Positions 12,908 to 26,970 of a stretch of 64,000 nt of DNA are shown in pieces. The DNA is from Octopus vulgaris (taxonomy: Eukaryota). Each line of letters opens with the position of its first letter. The first letter of the stretch is position 1. The translations under genes were made by a program, and so were the position numbers. The stretch covers positions 65,472,001 to 65,536,000 of the forward strand of contig OX597823.1 of the NCBI GenBank assembly GCA_951406725.2. Direction: 5' to 3'. Under the pieces are notes generated by a model. It was not told the origin of the DNA, searched no databases, and was given only the letters and a program-made list of their open reading frames with translations.

Positions 12908-13207
12908 TGAAATTTTACGAAGTTTTATAATTTAGTAATTATATTTTCCAATTTCCTGTTGAATACTATTTCACCGAAATTTAGTTTATTGGAACTATAT
13001 TTTTTATATTTTAAAAAGTCAAGTTTCATCGATTCTTCATGATTTTAGACTTGTTACATACATGTTCGATGATATTTGAAATTAACTTTACAATTGAGAA
13101 ATAATTACTAAATGGATGGTAGTAAATGTACACCGATACAAACCACATACATACACATAATATATATTTATATACATGCGCATAATATGTAAATGTATAC
13201 ATACATA

Positions 13208-14188
13208 TACGAGGTGCATTCTAGATGGTTTAAGGGATTTCTTTAAGGTGAGGCAGTTACAATTGTCCAAGGTTATTGTAATGTTATATATCCTTATAAT
13301 ATCATTTAATAAGCTGACGAGCAAAGATTTCCAGATTCTAGATCGAAAGAGACCGTTGTAAAATCACTTTGAACAGATCCTACTAAACGCTGCTTTTTAT
13401 AACTCACTTGTTTGCAGAATTCAGTAAGGATGTGAAGACAATTTGAAAACTCGCTATGCAATAACTTTTTCAGTTAAACAGGGAAAAATACCTACAGAAA
13501 CAAATGAAATGCAACTGAGAGCTTATGGCTTAGCGGCACAAGATGTTCAAGGATGATAGAGAGGAAGTGAGAAATTATATGAATTGTGGGAGAAAGACGT
13601 CAGAACATCAGAGCTGGTTGAGAAAATTTGTAACTCTCTACGTGGGTATGGTCGCGTGTCTATAGAGGCAATATGAGTACAGTGTGGAGTTGTTGTGGAA
13701 ACTCCATAGATGAAAGTCTAAGCATGCACAACTATATACGAAGTTTGATACCAAGGTGCTCAGTGACGAATATCAGTTAAAGACGCATTCTTTACAATGG
13801 AAACATCCTGGCTCATCCAGACCAAAGAAGGCCAAGCAAACCAAATTCACCCCCACCCCCTTTTGCCAGCAAGCACTCCTGGTAACAAACTACGTGACAG
13901 AAATAGGAATCAGACTGTCTCGCTTTGTCCTTACTCCTTACTCCTTATCACATTCGGTTGTTTCCAAAGCTGAAGGAGAACCTCAGGAGCAGTCGATTTG
14001 AAGACACTGAGAGGATGACATATATGTGACAAGGGTCCTGGACACCTGATTTGAAGATTTCTATGGTGCGTTCATAAAGCCGCTGCAGCGCTCCAAAAAA
14101 AAAAGCATTGAAGGTAGAGGTTTCTACTCTGCACTTCTTTCAAATATATAAATATCGCTCCTCAAAATGTCTCAGATTTGTAGTGCAT
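13208..14188 (+). mobile_element. Highly decayed mariner element
   Basis: Begins TACGAGG. RYAITFSVKQGKIPTETNEM (HTH N-terminus) near 13450 and QWKHPGSSRPKKAKQ in ORF 13756-14001. Confidence 0.75.
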
Positions 14189-15290
14189 ATATATATATGA
14201 AATTGTTTTTTCTTTAAATCAATTTAAGATACTTTAATATATATATTGACCTATATCCACGATGATGCAGACAGGGTATTTTAGAAAATAATTAAAAACA
14301 AAGATTATATATTTTGATCAATTCATTTACTAATCCAATATATATGTTTCGATCTTCTGTTGTCAATCTGATAAAATGCAATAAATACAGTCGATTTCTA
14401 CTCGATAATACGTGTCGGTAGTTACAAATTCCAATCAAATAATACACCCAGACACACGCATCATCGGAGAAATTCCGGAATCAAATCATCAGCATTACTA
14501 ATAGACTTATTTCTTAGGGGACAATAAAAATTAACAGACACCAAAACTTGTACGACGTTGTTTGATTAAACCAATATCTCCCACCAACCTCAGTACAAGA
14601 CAAAATAACAAAATATTTCCCTACGTTTTCTTTTCAGACACGTGGCTTCTAAACATAACTATCAAGAGGAAAGCTGATAATCTGTCAAATTCAATATAAT
14701 TCATAACACTTCTTTCTTCTTGACTTTAACAACACATTGTTATGCACAAGCATACATAGTTTGAACTACACTAAATCTAGACGTATTCTGTATTTATTGC
14801 CTTTATTACAGTTAAAGAACAATCTTTGTTTGTAATCACATGTAATTATTGCCAACTACATTAATTCTAATTTTTAAATCCCTCATATGGCGCTGAATGA
14901 TGTCAGAGAGAGAATTCTCGAACTGCTGTTCATGAATCAAAGTTATATTGCTCTGTCAACAAAGACGAATTCTATTGAAGACGTTCTCTGCTAGAAGAGC
15001 ATAATTTGCATAATGCATGCTATTCTGAAATTTCTATAGCAAAACAGTATAGTTGCTGTTGACAGTGGCATGTCGTAGCAGTGTTTCTCCCATTATATTA
15101 GCATTGTCAGTTAGAAATAACGACATGCATCACAAGGCTATTGAAGATATTTCACATCAGACCTCTCTCAACGAATGGAAATCGATTATTCAACCTATAC
15201 ATCACCAAAACATTTCATTCATAACGTAATTACCTCTCCAAATCCACCTAGTGTAAAACTTTGAAAGGTAATAGAGTGATTCACAAAGTA

Positions 15291-15350
<60 letters not shown>

Positions 15351-15996
15351 GCCTGTATGCCTGTGTGTGGGATTTATAATATAATTTGTATACGCACACG
15401 CCTGTACACAAATACTTTTAAATACATACCCACCTGTGTTTGCATATTAGTATGTGTGTACCTGTTTAAGTGGATGTATGTGTAATTTTGTGTTGATAAT
15501 GTTGCTTTGCATATTAATATATGAACATAACATATTACATCAACACAAAGGTCCACAATGTAAAAGAAGGCTTATAGACAATCGAATGAACCACTGTTAT
15601 TACTAGGCAATTCTGTTATCCGGTCCTCAAGCAAATGAGGACAATAGAACTCGGTAGGATATGAATTAAAACGTAAATATACTTAACTAAATACCGCAGG
15701 CATTCAACCCAACACATTATGGTGTCTGTTATTATGTTACTCTAATATATACATTGTCTAGTAAAATGAAATTTTGTTAATAAATTGTTGATTCATGGAA
15801 AGCAGAGCAGAATGATTCCATGTACGGCATAGAAATATGACGTAACCAACCATAAGGCGATTATAAAGGTTTGCAGATGCAATGTGTACAGAGCAGTAAC
15901 TAAAATGACATTAGTTGCTAAATATGCATGTGTATACATACATGTGTACATAAATAAATGCATATATACATGGATATACACAGACATACTAACATA

Positions 15997-16052
<56 letters not shown>

Positions 16053-16054
<2 letters not shown>

Positions 16055-16247
16055 CTTTATATAATTAGGGTTCAGCCAAAAAATATTTACTTTACCACAC
16101 ACCGAACTTTTAGAAATAGCAGCCAAAGAATTTAGCTATTTCTCCTACTATAAGAGGGAGAAATAGCTAAATTCTTTGGCTGCTATTTCTAAAAGGTCGG
16201 TGTGTGGTAAAGTAAATTTTTTTGCTGAACCCTAATTATATAAAGTA
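16053..16247. repeat. Long inverted repeat (93/91-bp arms, 11-nt spacer)
   Basis: 16053-16145 is the reverse complement of 16157-16247 with only a few differences. Abuts (TA)n. Confidence 0.95.
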
Positions 16248-17349
16248 ATGTTTAAATATACCGTAAATGGTCCTTTTACATACTGAACACTGCTTGGTAA
16301 AATTATTAATTACTAATTAATTAATTTATATATATATATATATACACAAATATACATTCATACATAGAATCTTACATATATATTAACATACGGACGTATG
16401 TTTGAACGTGTGTGTATATATCTATGTGTGAGTGTATTATTGATATACACTTTTGTGTTGTAGGTTTTGAACATAATTCTGTATAATCGGTAATTTGTTA
16501 GTTTGTTCCAACTAGCATACTTATGTTTCCTTGATATCGAATGAAAAAAAATGTCAGATAACTTACATCAAGTTTATTCCCATGTTCCAAATGCATTCCA
16601 TTTATTTTCATCAATATTTTTATCATTAGTTCACGCTTTGTTATTGATGCCTATATTTCCTTGCTTTCGTAATATTCTTTATTAATAGCATGTTCAACAT
16701 ATCTATATAATAGTCTTGCTTTTAATTTTCTGCATCTCTTCTCAACCCAGAGGAATTTCTGTCAGCAGCAGCCCCTGTTGATGAAGTTATCCTATCATTT
16801 CGGTTTAGTCTACTCCACTTCTAAAGCTCTGGAATTTTTATGCTCTGCCCTAAAATAGTTTATGTCAGTTTATATCTACTATTATTATCGATAATGAAGC
16901 TTTAAAGATGAAAGTGAGCGCATATTTTTCCGAAAGGAAACTACTCTCAAGCAGCTGTACTTTACTTAATATCATAGATCCATTAACATTGCACATTTGT
17001 AGAAAGGACATTTATGTTTGGGCTGTGTTGCATTTAATAGATAAGAAATGTTTCCTGTCGATAACTGCTGTATTGCGATTTTGAGTGCTCGAATTTCATC
17101 GAGTGTTAATACTAACGGCGAGATGAAATAAACCATGTCGAATGCCAAAGACTGATTTACAGAGTTCAGAAATAAAAAGTAGATGCACTTCTACAAGCAT
17201 TTTAATAAAGGACACATATTTAAACCGCATTAGTGTGTACAGATAATGATGCAGTGTCGTTTGTAAACAGCGTTGTTGCTTAGCTCCAGGCCAACTCCGA
17301 TCACTAAGATATGAGAAATAAAATGTGACTATAAAAATGTGATTACAGA

Positions 17350-17374
17350 CTGACTGATAGACAGACAGACAGAT

Positions 17375-17456
<82 letters not shown>

Positions 17457-17475
17457 AGAGATAGACAGATAGATA
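17350..17475. repeat. (GATA)n/(GACA)n microsatellite
   Basis: Direct reading. Confidence 0.95.
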
Positions 17476-18463
17476 GCAGTTTAAGTTATATACACAGCTA
17501 CACATATCTCTTAGAAATAATATTCCTAGCACTGTATCTTTCGACTGCAGAATAAACTTTCATCGTTATCTTTATGGCATTTATGTATTATCCAAAATAT
17601 ATTCCCGTTGTTAGCGAGTAATATGTAATATGAAAGTGAAAACAACTGCTATTTCAAGCAAGTCGAACGACCATCTGAAAATTTCTCGTTAAGTTTATTG
17701 CAAATAAGTTGAATCGTTAGAATTCTGTGAACGATTCTCAAATATAAGTAATAATTACTGCTAGTGAAGCTGTGATAACTGATAAGAAAGTTCTTCGCTA
17801 TAGTGGAAGTGTAGATGTCAGACGGTTATCTATTTTCTATACAATCCTTTATCACCGTGTATCTACAAATCAGTAGACTGCACTTCGTAATTTTCGTTGA
17901 GCATAAAAATGTCAAATTATATTTATTTACTATACACAAAAGGATTTCTTTCGAAAAGGTATTGAATACTTAGTATAAAGATAACTATAGAAATGTAACG
18001 ACACCAACTCGGTGACTGACGGAAAGATAAACACCAACAAAACAAGCGAAAGGAATAAATTGTCAATGAAATATTAAAAAAGTGTTCTAACAAAGCGTAG
18101 TAGAATGACCCGAGATAGACATAAAGGGCTCTATTATTTCTTTAGTCTATAAGTTCAAATCACACTGGGACTTTCTTAAATTCTGTCACTTATGTAAATA
18201 GCACTTTTGAAATACGACATATTAAGTTGGCTATATTTTTTCTTTTTTGTATATTTTCGGCCTAGGGTCAGTTTAAGAAATCAATATGAAGATGCTAAAA
18301 GGACGTGTGAGTTGTCAGAAATGATATATATACATAATTAACTTGTTAATATACTAATATCATTTGAGTTGACTGCTGTATATCTTCAAATATTAGACGT
18401 GTTAAATTCAGCTAATATTGGGAGATGTTGTGGACTTGTGAGAAGCCATCCACGTAAAGCACG

Positions 18464-18495
<32 letters not shown>

Positions 18496-18896
18496 TTTGA
18501 TATGCGTTTGTTTGTGTGTATGTGTATATGTGTGTATGTGTATGTATGTATGTATGCATGTATGTATGTATGTATACACAGACACGCAGACACAGAGACA
18601 AAGAAACACACGCCCACACATGCACACACATGCACATTCACACACATTTACATCGGATGTAGAATTAGTTGATCCAGTTTTATATGAATATTTTCCAGAG
18701 TTCATATGAAACTCGGAATAATACACTTAATTCTATAATGTAATTAAAACGATATTTATTTATTTATTTTTAATACCGAAGGCTCATTGTTTCATGACAC
18801 ATGCTAACTATCTCGTCCCCATTCACTCTTACTATTTACATCCATCCATCCATCCGTCCATCCATCCATCCATCCATCAATCCATACATACATACA

Positions 18897-18930
<34 letters not shown>

Positions 18931-19274
18931 CATACGCACACACACAAACCATACATCATCGCATGTACAGTGAACAACAGCAATGAAAACGATGACTTAC
19001 ATATTAATTATTAAGACCTATAACCAGGCTGGAACATGAATATATCAGTCGTTGTGTTCCTCATTAGCACAAGGGTCTCTAGGGCAGCCGGTTTCAATAC
19101 AGTTGTGAGTCGTGAGCCAGAGGCAAGCGGACTGATGACTGACAAGGGTAGAACAGCTTGGTTATAACGTCTATGAACAAACTGTTTTTCTGATCAGTGT
19201 TGATATCTACCAAGTGATAACAAAACCCTCATCTACACGGTACACAGCGAGGATGGAAACGATGTTTTACAAAG

Positions 19275-19470
19275 TCCCACTGTGTGGTACCTTGGGCAAG
19301 TGTCTTCTACTATAGTCTCGGGCCGACCAAAGCCTTGTGAGTGGATATAGTAGACGGAAACTGAAAGAAGCCTGTCGTATATATATATATACGTGTATGT
19401 ATATGTTTCTGTGTCTGTGTTTGTCCCCCCAACATCGCTTGACAACCGATGCTTGTGTGTTTACGTCCCT
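19275..19470 (+). mobile_element. Truncated Twin-like SINE
   Basis: Matches the central part of 25436-25868. Confidence 0.8.
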
Positions 19471-19965
19471 CTGTTATGGAATATATTCATAAACACCAAC
19501 TGTATACCAGTGGAATATGCCCATCAAAACGTCAGTCAAATGTAGGCATAACAGACCAGATACTGTCATTTGATACAGAGAGGCAAAGGTATGTAACTTC
19601 ATAGAGGTTAGGTGCCTTGCAGATATAGATATCACTTTGAAAATCAAAGAAAAAGAGGATATCTATGGACAACTACTTCGAAACCTCCAGCTTCTATATC
19701 TTGACTATGAATTCATATTCATACCAATAATAATTGTAGCACGAGGTTTTGTTAGCAAGTACTAAAAGGAGAATCTAGGATTTTCAGAAATCAAACGGCT
19801 AATTCGGACAACTTGTGAGCGGAACAGTAAAAATATGCAAGACTTTTCTCAGTTTCCAAATGTGAATTTGTTTATGTTAACTACATCCCGAGGATGGAGC
19901 CTTGTCTCTTTGTTTGAAACCGGCTCCCTCCTTAGTGGAAAATTTATGATAAATGAAAAATAGAA
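19470..19965 (+). mobile_element. R4/Dong-clade non-LTR retrotransposon 3' fragment (restriction-like endonuclease domain + 3' UTR)
   Basis: Translates (with stops) to WNMPIKTSVKCRHNRPD...FIEVRCLADIDITLKIKEKEDIYGQLLRNLQLLY...IPIII...SGTVKICKTFLSF, a PD-(D/E)xK RLE signature. Confidence 0.8.
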
Positions 19966-19971
19966 AACACA

Positions 19972-20053
<82 letters not shown>

Positions 20054-20111
20054 CACGCACACACACACATATATATATATACATTATATATAATACATAT
20101 GGATGTATATA

Positions 20112-20336
20112 CAGGATTGGCCAAAAGTCTCTTGACAGTAAATCAAAATTCCATAAATACTACCAGTAATTCTGTATTGACTCGAATGGAAAAATGTCGC
20201 TCAAGAAGGATTTCAATTTGAACAGTTTTCATATTGTTTCGTCTTTAGATACATTTATGAAATTCATTCAGTTGTTAAACAGATCTTTGAATTAAATAGT
20301 TTTGATTCACTGTCAGGTAACTTTTGGCCAACCCTC
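20112..20336. mobile_element. Tc1/mariner-type MITE
   Basis: ~35-bp imperfect TIRs caggattggccaaaagtctcttgacagtaaatcaaaa and ttttgattcactgtcaggtaacttttggccaaccct. No coding capacity. Confidence 0.8.
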
Positions 20337-21799
20337 TGTGTGTGTGTGTGTGTGTGTGTGTTTTTTAACCATATCAAAATGTAGATTACTCCTTGAGAGT
20401 AAATGAGATAGTTGCACTATTTCCTCAGCAGAGTTGTAAAAAATACAAGCAACTATTTTCAACGCTGGATCGTTTATGTCGCTTGGTGAACGAGAAATCG
20501 CAACGAATTTTTCTTTTTAAACCACACCCCATTGCTTTATGTAATGAAAATATATTTTACACTTAGATAAAAAGAGACAGTATATTCGAGGCTGGGATGC
20601 CTTTGAAGTCATGTATGAGTGAATAAGATTGACATGGAAATAAATATAAAAAAACAAAACGAATCTATGTAAATCACGTTAACTGGATGAAATATGTAAC
20701 TGAATTGTAAATAATAATGAAATGCTACAGCTTACCCTTAAGGATTGTTGCAGCATTTTAAAACTAAATTTTTCTTTTCCTGCTGGTTTGGACTTGATTA
20801 AAACCTTACCGTGTCTACACATTTGTGAAAGGTGTTCTTTAGTTTAGCAATTTGCTGAACATAAAGCATACTGACAGCGTCTTCTGTGGTATTATAGAAA
20901 ATCCACAAATCAAATAGAAATGATATTCAAATATTCGATATTTTTGAACACACGGAGTATTACTTTCTACGCGCTGAAGAATATGATAACGGTGATATCG
21001 CCGTTTACCTAAATCAATAGCAGTGAATCAAAATCGAAACACATAAACCATTTTCGTTGCCTGTTCACGTAGATTAGCATGAATTCTCATGTGTATAAAG
21101 GATGAATAAATCACTCAAACCTGTTAGCTTTTACAGTGTTTGGCGAAATGCAGTTAGTCAAATCAAATAGAAAACTCATAAAAATTTTATTATTGCATGA
21201 ATTTGGTTGGAATTTACAGATATGATATTCGATCTTTGGTGTACATTGTTAATGTGGGTTTACATGTTGAATTTTACTTGTCATCATGTGCTTTCACTTG
21301 CCAAGTTAGGTTGAACACAATGAAGTGGGATATATGTCCTTTCACGTCCTTTCACTTATATTTAATTGTTATTGATTGCCGGGCATTGATTTTTATAATT
21401 GAATCATAAAAAGGTACAAAAGTAATAAATAATTATTTCTAATTTTGTTACTCTAACAATTTGGCTGGTATTTTATTTCGTCGAACTGAAAAGGATGATA
21501 GATAAAAATTGGTCTCTGCGCGATTTGAATTCAGAAGGTAAAAAAAAAAAGTAAGAAAAAATTGCTGCTAAGTATTTTCTCCTACGATGTAACGGTTCAG
21601 CCAGCGCATTACCTTTACATTGCTGATAAATAATATCACCTAAGCGACACTAATTCAAATACGGTTTCGTGTGACGCAGGATTTACGAAAGCGCGATTAT
21701 TTGCGTTAAAAGAATTTAAAAGTAAGCAAATTTGACTATGCCCTAAAAGTAAGCAAATTTTTACTTTGCCCTCAAAGTAAAACAAATTTCCATACTTAT

Positions 21800-22842
21800 C
21801 ATTCACATATCTCTCCGCCATTGTTTTACCCACATCGTGCCTATAGACTCAGATTCTGCGCAAGCAGGTACCGAGTTGCAAACTTTTACTTTGTTCACCT
21901 TTGCTCCTGCCACCGCCCCGTAGATCTTAATGGCCTCGTCCACCACTGGAAGCTGGCCCACATCCGCCACGATGATGTAGATGTCATCTGAATACACCGT
22001 AGCTCCTCTTCCACACCATGGATCATGCGGTGTGACTCCAACTTCCGCATCAATGGCTCAAGAGCCAACACATACAAAAGCGGGGACAGGAGATACCCTT
22101 CACGCACTGAACGCTCGATCCTGAATGACTTCGAAAAGAAACCATTCACTCTAACGACAGACTCGATGTCGCTGTACAAAGCAGCAATCCAACCGCGAAA
22201 GGTCGGGCCCAGGCCAACCTTCTCGAGGACGCCGTCAAGTACCGATGGTCGATCCCTATCAAATGCTTTAGATTAGTCTAAATCTACCAGTGCCCCTATT
22301 GTGCCAGAAATCTACCCTACCCTTTCTAAGGTGTAGCGTAGAAGTTGAAGTTGGTCGTGGACCGACCTGTGCGGGATTGCGCAAGTTTGCACCCTCCCCA
22401 CAAGTCTGTCCACGACCCGCGCCAACCGTTTTGCTAACACCTTGGCCAAAATTTTTAACTCTGTGTTTAGCAGAGTTATGGGCCGAGTTGATAATCTTGT
22501 CCCCCTTGCTCAGGTCTTTTCTGATCAGAGTTACCAACCCTCGGCTTGCAGACTTGGGAATTCATATGGCAGACCATCGAGATCCGGCGACTTCTCCCCG
22601 AGGCATGCGCCTAACACCTCGAGCACCTCCTTGGCTGTGATTGGCTCTTCACAGCATTCAGATTCTTGTGCCGAGAGACGCGGGCCACCAGCCAGGAAGT
22701 ACCTAAGGCCCTCACCATGATCCAGCTTTCCGGTCTTCCCGAACAACTCGGCAAAGTGCTTGTAAAGCGCTTCAGACATTCTCGTCCCGTCCGTAGACCC
22801 ATTGTCGTCAATCAGAGGCTTAATTGTGGCATCATTGCAACG
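21800..22842 (-). mobile_element. L1/Tx1-clade LINE ORF2 reverse transcriptase fragment (pseudogenised)
   Basis: KSPDLDGLPYEF, PITLLNTELKILAKVLAKRL, SKAFD, VRVNGFFSKSFRIERSVREGYLLSPLLYVLALEP and YSDD across frameshifts. Confidence 0.9.
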
Positions 22843-22906
22843 CTGGGTTCGAACCCACCATCTAGCGATTTTGTGCGCAACGGCTCAACCACTACGTCAC
22901 GGGCCT
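22843..22906 (-). mobile_element. tRNA-like Pol III head (A/B boxes) abutting the 5'-truncated Tx1 fragment
   Basis: Minus strand aggcccgtgacgtagtggttgagccgttgcgcacaaaatcgctagatggtgggttcgaacccag, with B box GGTTCGAACCC. Confidence 0.65.
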
Positions 22907-22968
22907 TGAATATATATATATGTATATATATATATATATGTGTGTATGTATGCATGTATGTATGTATG

Positions 22969-23038
<70 letters not shown>

Positions 23039-23039
<1 letters not shown>

Positions 23040-23250
23040 TGTCGATCAGGACAAGAAACAATTGTAGTGGCGGTTTTTTGGACTTTTTATTAAAATTTTA
23101 TGTATTGATTAAGTCTTTCCTTGTTTGTTTTGCAAAATAGTGGTTTTGTCTCTAATAATATTATATAATATTTTACTATAAAATTGGATTTAATCCTAAA
23201 TCTGATTTTTTCCCTGTAAATTTGGATTTATTCCCTAATATTTATTATAT
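23039..23250 (+). mobile_element. 5'-truncated HHR-bearing pseudo-LTR remnant
   Basis: Hairpin ttgtc/gacaa, then GAAA-caatt-GTA (palindromic ACAATTGT stem III). The CUGANGA half is absent. T-rich tail runs into (TA)n. Confidence 0.5.
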
Positions 23251-23920
23251 ATATATATATATATATATACTTACATGCATGCATACATATATATGTGTGT
23301 GTGTGTATACACATATATAGACACATAATTCTGTGCGTGTGTATGTGTTTGTGTGCGAGTGATTTGTTGTATGTATAAGCGTGTGAGTAAGTAAAATCTG
23401 AGTTAGATGAATATTTATTATAGGAATTTTCTTACGCAGTTGCCTTGTGTTTATTTTAAGACATCGTCAAACGTGTTTCTTCAAAACAATTGACAGTCAC
23501 TCTTTGAAATAGAAGTCAGAAACAGCAGTGAATAAGTGAAGCAAAATGTAAACATTTCGATAACATTCGTTAAAAATACATAAAGTGTAGCAACAAGAAA
23601 ATAGCGAAAATAAATAAGAACACACATCTCAGCAGTTATTACATTCCATTGCCTGAGGTTACGTGACATTTACATTAAAAAGTAATCGGAAAAATAAAAA
23701 TCTATGTACTTATATATAAATGCCAGTAAATATACATAGCCAGATATTACACACATGACGTATATATTGTGTATTTGCATGGGTTTTTTGAGTGGGTATG
23801 TGAGTGTGTGTGTGCATGTGTTTACCTGTGTGTGTACATATATATGTGTGCATGTGTGCGTCTGCGTGAGTAGGTGCGTATCTTTATATATATACATATA
23901 TATATCTATATATATATATA

Positions 23921-23976
<56 letters not shown>

Positions 23977-24274
23977 CATAGGATTGATATCTGGAGAAAT
24001 ATATTCATTTATACACACAGACACACAGAAACACAAACACACACACACATATGTATTACGAATATATTGAGTTATATGTAATATATGTATATCGCAGCAT
24101 TCATATGTATATATTTGGCGATGTATCTTTTTCAAAGTTTCTGATTCTATTTCCCATTTTACTTTGGATACTAACGCAAATGTCAGACACAATACAGAAC
24201 ATTCAAAACTCTATGAAACGCTCATACGTAGACAAGCATTCTTATTGAAATATATGTATATGTATATGCATTAG

Positions 24275-24352
<78 letters not shown>

Positions 24353-24950
24353 AGATATAGATATAGATATAGATATACACATGTACATACATATGTGTGT
24401 ATGTATATAAGTATATATATCAATGTATGTGTGTATGTTTGTATGTATATAAATATAGATATACACATATACATACATATGTGTGTATGTATATAAGTAT
24501 ATATCAAAGTATGTGTGTATGTTTGTATGTATATATATCTATATATACACACACACATCTTAGTAACAATATAAGTTGTATGTATGTACTTTTACGTATA
24601 CTTATAAAATAAGTGTAAAAATGAACATACATAACCGTATAATAACATGTAGTGCTGCATTCATACATACATACATAAATACATATCTATATATCTATCT
24701 AGCTATCTATCTATCTGTCTCCATAAATTCTTAATTTTATTTTAGTTTTTATGGGAGCAACTGTCTTTGAAGACTTAGATTGTTATTGAATGCTCAAAAT
24801 GGGGAGTAGATAGACAGTCGAGAATTGATGAAGGGTCCTTTCTCTGTTTTAGTTTGTTCTGTTTTCCATTGTTTCTTTTTCATTGCTTACATATTTCTTT
24901 TTATTTGGACCGTTGGTGCCGTCCTGTACCCATATATGTATGTATTTATA

Positions 24951-25600
24951 CAGGGTGAGGTAGAAAGGACAGGCGTTTTTGAAATAGCTATTACTTAGCC
25001 CCAGCAGAAGAGACATATGTCGGACAGGTACCATTCGGTCTGTGGTTTCTTAGCTTTTTTATCGTTTTAGGTGAAGTCTGGCACTATAACCGATATTTCC
25101 TTACGTATTTGCCTACCACAGTTACGTGAAGAGTATCGAGTCTATCACAGCAATTCAGCGTGAGTTTCGATGCCACTTCAAAGTGGAACGCGTCAGACAA
25201 GCTTTGATACCGAGTTCGAATCGCTCTGCTCGGAAGCATCCTACTGAACTTGATATCGGTAAACGATCGATACGGCATATTTTGCATGACGGCCTGCATT
25301 TCTACCTCTACACATTGGTCATTGAGCAACATTTGAAGCCATGGGACTACGCACAGCGGCTTAACTCCGCATGTCATGTTGAAACAATTTTTGAGGCAAT
25401 TGGCAATCTCATGTTGTTAATAAGCGATTAAACTTAGGCGCAGGAGTGGCTGTGTGGTAAGTAGCGTGTTTACCAACCATATGGTTCCGGGTTCAGTCCC
25501 ACTGCGTGGCAACTTGGGCAAGTGTCTTCTACTAAAGCTTCGGGCCGACCAAAGCCTTGTGAGTGGATTTGGTAGTCGGAAACTGAAAGAAGCCCGTCGT

Positions 25601-25650
<50 letters not shown>

Positions 25651-26582
25651 ATGTGTGTGTGTTTGTGTGTCGGTGTTTGTCTCCGTAGCATTGCTTGACA
25701 ACCGATGCTGGTGCGTTGATGTCCCCGTCACTTAGCGGTTCGGCAAAAGAGACCGATAGAATAAGTACTGGGCTTACAAAGAATAAGTCCCGGGGGGGTC
25801 GAGTTGCTCGGTTAAAGGCGGTGCTCCAGCATGGCCACAGTCAACTGACTGAAACAAGTAAAAGAGTAAACTCATATTCATCTCAATGGCATGGTGAAGC
25901 AACAGATTATTGGGCACTTGAAAATCCAAGAGAACTGCATTAAAGACCACTGCAAAGCCAAAAATGACGGACTGAATGTGCTGTTGGAAAAAATGCCGTC
26001 ATTGGTCCTTACTTTTTTGAAGACAATAATGGAAATCCTCTACTGTGAACTCCGAGCGTTACATTGAGATGATAAACAACTTCTTTGTGTTTGAAATGTT
26101 ACAAAAACTTATGCATATTCGACGCGTGTGGTTTCACCAAGGTCGGGCGACGGCACACACAGCCAGCGCATCAATGGACGTTCTTCGTCCTCACTTTAGT
26201 GACCGCCTCATTTTCAGTTACTGACATTCCTTGACACTCTCAGTCCCCTGATTTGTACATGTGCGATACTTTCTTGTGCGGAGACCTGAAGGCACGTGCG
26301 TATGTGAATAAGCCCCGCTCAATGGACAATTATTAAGGAACTATTCACGTGGAAGTAACCTAAATCGGCAGAGCAATGTCGGAGAGCGTGGAGACCAACT
26401 TCGAAGAACGTCTTCAGAAATACTAGAAAGAAAACAGACACCACATGATGGATGTTATTTTCCGAACTTGGTTTTGACAAATGTTAATTCAATACGAACA
26501 CATTGATGTCAATAAAATTTGTTTGCAGCTGAAATTAATGATTTTGTGAATTTTCCAAAAAACATCTGTCTTTTCTGTCGCA

Positions 26583-26586
<4 letters not shown>
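24951..26586 (+). mobile_element. Decayed ITm/Tc1-mariner superfamily transposon (DD37D/maT-like) interrupted by a SINE
   Basis: TIRs cagggtgaggtagaaaggacaggcgttttt and aaaaacatctgtcttttctgtcgcacca. Motifs SITAIQREFRCHF, LISD/HIHLNG...WALENP, WFHQGRATAHT, SPDL..CD.FL. Confidence 0.85.
25436..25868 (+). mobile_element. Full-length bipartite octopus SINE (Twin-like)
   Basis: tRNA-like head aggcgcaggagtggctgtgtggtaag...gggttcagtccc, internal (TA)n(TG)n linker, 3' module ending gaaacaagtaaaagagta. Candidate taaact target duplication. Confidence 0.9.
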
Positions 26587-26642
<56 letters not shown>

Positions 26643-26816
26643 GAAATATGTTACAAAAAATGTTATAATCATCTTATAATCATCTCATAATAATGACTTT
26701 TATTACTACCTCAGTCAATCTAAATGTACATATTTGTCGTTACCTGTCATAAAAAGCCTTTTTTTATTTACAATGTGCATTTTCGTTGATCTTTCATATT
26801 TTACCCCTATACATAC

Positions 26817-26901
<85 letters not shown>

Positions 26902-26920
26902 AATATTTAGCAGAAGTAAC

Positions 26921-26970
26921 AGAGTGACTCAAGGTCCGAGAGTTTCGTGCGTCGGTACTTATCAAACATA
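26921..26970 (-). ncRNA. Degenerate type I hammerhead motif
   Basis: Minus strand gt-TTGATAA-gtaccgacgcac-GAAA-ctctcggaccttga-GTC-ac. Stem III ACTC/GAGT is intact but the core carries two substitutions. Confidence 0.55.

Noticed and set aside
19878-19935. CCGAGGA...GAAACCGG as a hammerhead
   Set aside because: No stem I or NUH site; better explained as a simple aggatggagcc/ggctccctcct hairpin in the R4 3' UTR.
20974-21050. CTGAAGA...GAAAC
   Set aside because: No stem III with GUH and no stem I pairing.
21715-21790. Short repeats aagtaagcaaattt resembling a CRISPR-like array
   Set aside because: Eukaryotic context, ~27-bp tandem period with similar spacers; an ordinary minisatellite.
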